Source of the DNA: Paramoeba atlantica | Lineage: Eukaryota; Protista; Discosea | Direction: 5' to 3' | DNA: 15,734 bases | NCBI GenBank assembly: GCA_977017575.1 | Contig: CDRNVI010000235.1 | Location: 1-15,734, forward strand | In this document: positions 9,459-15,734 of the stretch, piece by piece | Position numbering within the stretch: position 1 is the stretch's first letter | Layout of the letters: each line of letters begins with the position of its first letter | Made by a program: the position numbers and the translations under genes | The notes under the pieces: generated by a model | Database searches by the model: none | Seen by the model: only the letters and a program-made list of their open reading frames with translations | Told to the model about the DNA's origin: nothing

Positions 9459-10845
9459 TTAATTTTCTTTTTTTGCTTGAGCTGGTTTTATAGTTTTTCC
9501 CTACAACCATGAAAACAAAAATGAGATCATATTCTTCTTCCACACTCAAATAATGTATTTATTCAACAAAAAAATCAAACAAAAAAAAGAAAAGAAAAAA
9601 AAGAAAAAAAAGAAAAAAAAGAGGAAAATGGACAAAAAAAAAGAAAGAAAAAACCAAACCTTCAATTGAATGATCAGATCAACAATTCTCTGGTTCTTTG
9701 CAACATCAAAGACTGTCCTCCCAGACTAAAACAAAAAAAGAAAAGAAGTTCAAAAAAAAAAAGACCCCACCCAAAACCAACAAAATCAAAATAAAATCAA
9801 AAAAAAAAGGGAACATTCTAAATCAAACACATCAAAAAAAAAATATTCTTTAAAAAAAGGTATTCTAAAAGAAAAAAAAGGAAGATTAAAAAACACAGAT
9901 TTTACACACACTTTGATCAACTAACACAATCAAAAGAGATATTCCCCAAAACCCAAATAACAAATATACACAAAACAAAATGAGAAAAAACAAAACAAAA
10001 ATGAAACAAAAAGGGGAAAAAAAAAATATCAAAAAAAAAAGAAAAATGAAAAAACTTGGTTTTGAATATTAACATTGGCATGATGTTCAATAAAAATCTT
10101 TACAATTTGTTCAAAACCTTTCGCAGCAGCAAAATGAAGAGGGGTCCACCCAAACTTAAGAATTTTTTTTTTTTTTTAAAAAAAGAATTTTTAAAAAATA
10201 AAACACAAAACAAAAAACACTCATATCCACCCTCCCTCGAGGGACTGGAAAAACAAAATCAACAAATTCAAAAGAACAATGAATAACACAAGAACCATAT
10301 TTGAAAGAAAAAGGAGTTCAAAAAAACAAAGAAAGAACCCTACCACAAATATTTATTCCATAAACAAATATCAAAAAAAAAAAAAGAAAAATGAAAAAAC
10401 TTTGTTTTGAATATTAACATTGGCACAATGTTCAATAAAAATTTTTACAATTTGTTCAAAACCTTTCTCAGCAGCAATATGAAGAGAGGTCCATTCAAAC
10501 TTAACAAAAAAGATTCAAAAAAAAAAAGAAAAAGAAAAAGAAACAATCAACAAAATTACCTCATCTGCAAGATCACCATTTGCTTTCCAATAAAATTTGA
10601 ACAATTTGTTCATGTCCATTTTGAGCAGCAATATAAAGAGGAGTGAATCCATCTTTGACATTAAAAAAAAATAGAAAAATGAGAAAGTGAAAAAAAGAAG
10701 AAAAAGAGAAAAAGAAAAAGAATCAATCAACAAAATTACCTTATCTGCAAGATCACCATTTGCTTTTCCTTTTTCCAATAAAATTTGAACAATTTGCTCA
10801 TGTCCATTTTCAACAGCAATATAAAGAGGAGTTGCTCCATCCTTT

Positions 10846-10876
<31 letters not shown>

Positions 10877-11400
10877 TGAGAAAGTGAAAAAAAAGAAAAA
10901 GAAAAAGAAAACAATCAACAAAAGAACCTGATTTGCAAGATCAACATTTGAGTTTCCTTTTTCCAATAAAATTTGAACAATTTGTTCATGTCCATTTTGA
11001 GCAGCAATATAAAGAGGAGTTCTTCCATCCTTTTTACATTAAAAAAAATAGAAAAATGAGAAACTGAAAAAGAAAAAGAAAGAGAAACAATCAACAAAAT
11101 AACACCTTAGTTGCAAGATCAACATTTGCTTTTCCTTTTTCCAATAAAATTTCAACAATTTGTTTGTGTCCATTTTGAGCAGCACCAAAAAGAGGAGTTC
11201 TTCCATCCTTTACATTTAAAAAAATAGAAAAATGAGAAACTGAAAAAGAAAAAGAAAAAGAAAAAGAAAAAGAAAAGAAACAATATCAACAAAAGAACCT
11301 GATCTGGAAGATCAACATTTGGTTTTCCTTTTTCCAATAAAGATTGAACAATTTGTTCATCTCCTTCTTGAGCAGCAATATAAAGAGGAGTCATTTCACC
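9459..11400 (-). CDS. Ankyrin-repeat gene B (5' end not found): exons 11400-11299, 11207-11106, 11029-10928, 10841-10740, 10652-10560, 10499-10401, 10154-10056, 9725-9660, 9500-9459
   Basis: Reverse-strand phase-0 exons with the same repeat consensus as gene A (e.g. [67 protein letters not shown]). Cap SGRTVFDVAKNQRIVDLIIQLK and terminal exon GKTIKPAQAKKEN* are homologous to those of A, with the same TAA position. Exon 10652-10560 is 93 nt with compensating -1/-8 indels. Confidence 0.82.
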
Positions 11401-11780
11401 CTTTTTATAAAAAAGTTGTAATAACAAAAAGAAATTTTGAATATTTTCAGTGATTTTTTTGTTTGTTTGTTTGTTTTTGAGAGAGAGTTCAAATTATGTG
11501 TGGTGAAATGAAATTATGTGTCCTTGGATGTTATTCTGTCCCCAAAAACAAAAAGAAAGCTCACTCTTGACAATGAGAGAAAATGGAACACCTTTCTTAA
11601 TTTTTCCGGAGGAGGATCGGTTGTTGGAAGGTTTTCAAAAAAAATAAAACAAAAATAAAACAAAAAAAGAAACTTCAACAGAATTGAACCTGTGGTGTGG
11701 AGGGGAAGTTTTGCTTTTTTTTTTTGTTTTATTTTTGTTTTATTTTTGTTTTTTTTTTTTTTTTGTTTTATTTTTTCTTG

Positions 11781-14528
11781 ATGAATTTGAATGAGAGAAA
11801 CATGATGGAGGAGGAGGTGGGAGAAAGAGAGAGTCCTGAGAAGAGAAGAGAGGATGAGAGAAAGAGGAAGAGAAAAGATGAAGAAGAAGAGAAAGGGAGA
11901 GAAAAACAAAGAGATGGAGTGATTAAAAGAACAAAAGTGGAAAATGAAGAACTTGAAGCAGTGAGATTGAGAAATGAAGAAGAAGAGAGGAAGAGAAAAG
12001 AAGAAGAAGAAGAAGAAGAAGAGAAAGAGAGAAAAGAAGAAGAAGAAGAGAAATTGAAAAAAGAGTTTGATGGTCTTTTTTTTGCTGCTCAAAATGGAGA
12101 TAAACAAACCGTTCAACTTTTCTTGGAAAAAGGAAAACCAAATATTGATCTTGCAGATCAGGTTATTTTGTTGATTCTTTTTCTTTTTCTTTTTCTTTTT
12201 CTTTTTTTGTTATTCTTCTTATTTTTAATTTGTTGAGAATGAAAAAATGGATTGAGTGAGCTCATATTTCTAAAACAAACAAAAGCTGCTATTTATTGAT
12301 TTTTTCATTTCTTTTCCCCCCCCTTTTTTTTTATGTTCCCAAAAGGAATATGGAGCAACTGCACTTGATGCTGCTGCTTTTGAGGGACATCATCAAATTG
12401 TTCAACTTTTATTAAAAAAAGGAAAATCAAATGTTAATTCTCAAAGAAAGGTTTTTTTTTATTCTTTCTTCTTTTTTTTCAGAAAGAAAATATTTTTGAA
12501 ATGAAAGAGAAAGTTTTTTGTTCATTGTGATTGAATTTGTTTTTTACAATTTTTATAAAAAATATATTTTTTTCATTTTTTTTTTGAATGTTTTTCTATT
12601 AATTTTAAATCAATCAGGATGGAACAACTCCTCTTCATGTTGCTGTTGAAAATGGACATGAACAAACTGTTCAAATTTTATTGGAAAAAGGAAAAGCAAA
12701 TGTTGATCTTGCAGATAAGGTTATTTTTTTGTTAATTGTTTTTCTTTTTTTTTTTTCTTTTTTTTTACTTTCTCATTTTTCTATTTTTTTTTAATGTAAA
12801 GGATGGAGCAACTCCTCTTTTTATTGCTGCTGAACATGGATATGAACAAATTGTTCAAATTTTATTGGAAGAAGGAAACCCAAATGTTGAGTTTGAAACA
12901 AAGGTTATTGTTATTGTATTTTTATTTTTAATTTGTTGAGAATGAAAAAATGGATTGAGTGAGCTCATATTTCTAAAACAAACAAAAGCTGCTATTTATT
13001 TATTTTTCATTTCTTTTCCCCCCTTTTTTTTTATGTTCCCAAAAGGAATATGGAGCAACTGCACTTGATGTTGCTGCTTTTGAAGGACATTATCAAATTG
13101 TTCAACTTTTATTAGAAAAAGGAAAATCAAATGTTAATTCTCAAAGAAAGGTTTTTCTTTATTCTTTCTTCTTTCTTCTTTTTTTCAGAAAGAAAATATT
13201 TTTGAAATGATAAAGAGAAAGTTTTTTGTTCATTGTGATTGAATTTGTTTTTCACAATTTTTATAAAAAATATATTTTTTTCTTTTTTTTTATTCTCTCT
13301 ATTTTTTTAAATTAAAAGAAAAGGATGGAACAACTCCTCTTTTTGTTGCTGTTGAAAATGGACATGAACAAACTGTTCAAATTTTATTGGAAAAAGGAAA
13401 AGCAAATGTTAATCTTACAACTAAGGTGTTATTTTGTTAATTGTTTTTCTTTTTCTTTTTCTTTTCTTTTTCACTTTTTCACTTTTCTATTTTTTTGAAT
13501 GTAAAGAATAGGGTAACCCCTCTTTATATTGCTGCTCAAAATGGACATGAACAAATTGTTCAAATTTTATTGGAAAAAGGAGAACCAAATGTTGATCTTG
13601 CAACTGAGGTTATTTTGTTGATTGTTTCTTTTTTTTTCACTCATTTTTCTATTTTTTTTAATGGAAAGGATGGAGTAACTTCTCTTTTTATTGCTGCTCA
13701 AAATGGACATAAACAAATTGGTCAACTTTTATTGGAAAAAGGAAACCCAAATATTGATCTTGGAAATAAGGTTCTTTTGTTGATTGTTTTTTTTTCTTTT
13801 TCTTTCTTTTTCTTTTTCTTTTTCTCTTTCTCATTTTTTCTCATTTTTTTTTCTATTCATGTTAAAGAATGGAGCAACTCCTCTTTATATTGCTGCTTAA
13901 AAAGGACATGAACAAATTGTTCAACTTTTATTGGAAAAAGGAGCCAATGTTGATCTTGCAAATGAGGTGTTATTTTGTTGATTGTTTCTTTTTCTTTTTC
14001 TTTTTCACTTTCTCATTTTTCTATTTTTTTTAATGTAAAGGATAGAACAACTCCTCTTTGTGTTGCTGCTCAAAATGGACATGAACAAATTGTTCAAATT
14101 TTATTGGAAAAAGGAAAACCAAATGTTGATCTTGCAGATAAGGTTATTTTTTGTTAATTATTTTTCTTTTTTTTTTTCTTTTTTTTTCACTTTCTCATTT
14201 TTCTATTTTTTTTTAATGTAAAGGATGGAGCAACTCCTCTTTTTATTGCTGCTGAACATGGATATGAACAAATTGTTCAAATTTTATTGGAAAAAAAAAA
14301 ACTAAATGTCAATCTTACAATGATGGTTTTTTTTCTTCTTATGAATATTTTGAAGAGTTGATTGATTTTGATTTCTTGTTTTGGTTCCTTCTTGAACCCT
14401 AAACCCTTATTTGTTTTAATCAAAAGGATGGAGCAACTCCTCTTTTTATTGCTGCTCAAAATGGACATGAACAAATCGTTCAAATTTTATTGGAAAAAGG
14501 AGGAGCTAATGTTGATCTTCCAAATGGG
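11781..14528 (+). CDS. Ankyrin-repeat gene C, 3'-truncated by the telomere: exons 11781-12161, 12346-12450, 12618-12719, 12802-12903, 13046-13150, 13324-13425, 13507-13608, 13669-13770, 13868-13966, 14041-14142, 14224-14325, 14427-14528
   Basis: The first exon encodes an E/K/R-rich region ending in a degenerate ankyrin repeat ([33 protein letters not shown]). Eleven 99/102/105-nt phase-0 one-repeat exons follow. There is an in-frame TAA at 13898-13900 where paralogous exons mostly have CAA. The terminal exons seen in A and B are absent. The ATG at 11781 is a candidate start only, because upstream exon-like segments exist. Unspliced readthrough into the telomere ends at TAG 14538-14540. Confidence 0.85.
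12220..13410 (+). repeat. ~700-nt higher-order duplication of a two-exon ankyrin block
   Basis: Intron TAATTTGTTGAGAATGAAAAAATGGATTGAGTGAGCTCATATTTCTAAAACAAACAAAAGCTGCTATTTATT, exon [35 protein letters not shown], the next intron and exon [19 protein letters not shown]... occur twice (exon starts 12346/13046 and 12618/13324). Confidence 0.93.
14395..14407 (-). repeat. Short interstitial telomeric motif in inverted orientation (AACCCTAAACCCT)
   Basis: Exact reverse complement of AGGGTTTAGGGTT, inside the last complete intron (14326-14426) of gene C. Confidence 0.75.
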
Positions 14529-14529
14529 G

Positions 14530-15734
14530 TTAGGGTTTAGGGTTTAGGGTTTAGGGTTTAGGGTTTAGGGTTTAGGGTTTAGGGTTTAGGGTTTAGGGTT
14601 TAGGGTTTAGGGTTTAGGGTTTAGGGTTTAGGGTTTAGGGTTTAGGGTTTAGGGTTTAGGGTTTAGGGTTTAGGGTTTAGGGTTTAGGGTTTAGGGTTTA
14701 GGGTTTAGGGTTTAGGGTTTAGGGTTTAGGGTTTAGGGTTTAGGGTTTAGGGTTTAGGGTTTAGGGTTTAGGGTTTAGGGTTTAGGGTTTAGGGTTTAGG
14801 GTTTAGGGTTTAGGGTTTAGGGTTTAGGGTTTAGGGTTTAGGGTTTAGGGTTTAGGGTTTAGGGTTTAGGGTTTAGGGTTTAGGGTTTAGGGTTTAGGGT
14901 TTAGGGTTTAGGGTTTAGGGTTTAGGGTTTAGGGTTTAGGGTTTAGGGTTTAGGGTTTAGGGTTTAGGGTTTAGGGTTTAGGGTTTAGGGTTTAGGGTTT
15001 AGGGTTTAGGGTTTAGGGTTTAGGGTTTAGGGTTTAGGGTTTAGGGTTTAGGGTTTAGGGTTTAGGGTTTAGGGTTTAGGGTTTAGGGTTTAGGGTTTAG
15101 GGTTTAGGGTTTAGGGTTTAGGGTTTAGGGTTTAGGGTTTAGGGTTTAGGGTTTAGGGTTTAGGGTTTAGGGTTTAGGGTTTAGGGTTTAGGGTTTAGGG
15201 TTTAGGGTTTAGGGTTTAGGGTTTAGGGTTTAGGGTTTAGGGTTTAGGGTTTAGGGTTTAGGGTTTAGGGTTTAGGGTTTAGGGTTTAGGGTTTAGGGTT
15301 TAGGGTTTAGGGTTTAGGGTTTAGGGTTTAGGGTTTAGGGTTTAGGGTTTAGGGTTTAGGGTTTAGGGTTTAGGGTTTAGGGTTTAGGGTTTAGGGTTTA
15401 GGGTTTAGGGTTTAGGGTTTAGGGTTTAGGGTTTAGGGTTTAGGGTTTAGGGTTTAGGGTTTAGGGTTTAGGGTTTAGGGTTTAGGGTTTAGGGTTTAGG
15501 GTTTAGGGTTTAGGGTTTAGGGTTTAGGGTTTAGGGTTTAGGGTTTAGGGTTTAGGGTTTAGGGTTTAGGGTTTAGGGTTTAGGGTTTAGGGTTTAGGGT
15601 TTAGGGTTTAGGGTTTAGGGTTTAGGGTTTAGGGTTTTAGGGTTTAGGGTTTAGGGTTTAGGGTTTAGGGTTTAGGGTTTAGGGTTTAGGGTTTAGGGTT
15701 TAGGGTTTAGGGTTTAGGGTTTAGGGGTTTAGGG
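14530..15734 (+). repeat. Telomere, (TTTAGGG)n, G-rich strand running toward the end
   Basis: One TTAGGG (14530-14535) followed by 171 heptamer units to the end of the window. Only two variants: TTTTAGGG at 15635-15642 and TTTAGGGG at 15720-15727. The orientation is that expected for a right-hand chromosome end. Confidence 0.99.

Noticed and set aside
10234-10243. Perfect palindrome CCCTCGAGGG in an intron of gene B
   Set aside because: A single 10-nt occurrence with no counterpart elsewhere in the window and no supporting context.
13898-13900. Possible TAA-to-Gln genetic code reassignment
   Set aside because: There is only one in-frame TAA against dozens of CAA codons in the ankyrin exons, and TAA is the conserved terminator of both A (8036) and B (9459-9461). 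A single C>T change is simpler.
14395-14407. AACCCTAAACCCT as a telomerase RNA template
   Set aside because: It sits in a 101-nt intron of a truncated gene with no visible surrounding RNA structure or snRNA-type promoter. It is kept only as an inverted telomeric motif.
6823-14528. Regularly spaced ~100-nt repeats as a CRISPR array or a diversity-generating retroelement target
   Set aside because: The repeats are protein-coding exons with GT/AG boundaries, and the spacers are homologous introns. No cas or reverse transcriptase gene is present, and the variation is not adenine-specific.
14427-14547. Open +1 reading frame of ankyrin exons ([16 protein letters not shown]...) as dual coding
   Set aside because: It follows from the fixed codon choice of one duplicated exon. 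It is not maintained across splice junctions as an independent ORF.

Overview
This is the terminal 15.7 kb of a chromosome arm from an AT-rich, intron-dense eukaryote, probably a protist (the species cannot be determined from this window). It ends in about 1.2 kb of (TTTAGGG)n telomere. The subtelomere is built from repeat-protein genes in which each structural repeat is its own frame-symmetric exon. In order: (1) a 5'-partial gene with 84-nt RI-like LRR exons joined to a long intronless Sel1-repeat exon (321-2813, possibly continuing to about 3692); (2) a decayed array of exon/intron-like modules (about 4090-6365); (3) three paralogous ankyrin-repeat genes arranged A(+, 6617/6698-8038), B(-, 11400-9459) and C(+, 11781-14528), carrying 23 one-repeat exons in total. 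Gene C stops exactly at the 3' end of an ankyrin exon, and the telomere array begins within the first bases of the following intron's 5' splice site. This looks like de novo telomere healing at a splice donor. Variation among the cassettes concentrates on the predicted binding surfaces, and 25 of 30 mapped introns begin GTT, none with GTAAGT. Nearly all long ORFs in the supplied track are translations of poly-pyrimidine or poly-purine introns. All gene models are inferred from repeat periodicity and GT/AG boundaries, without transcript data.
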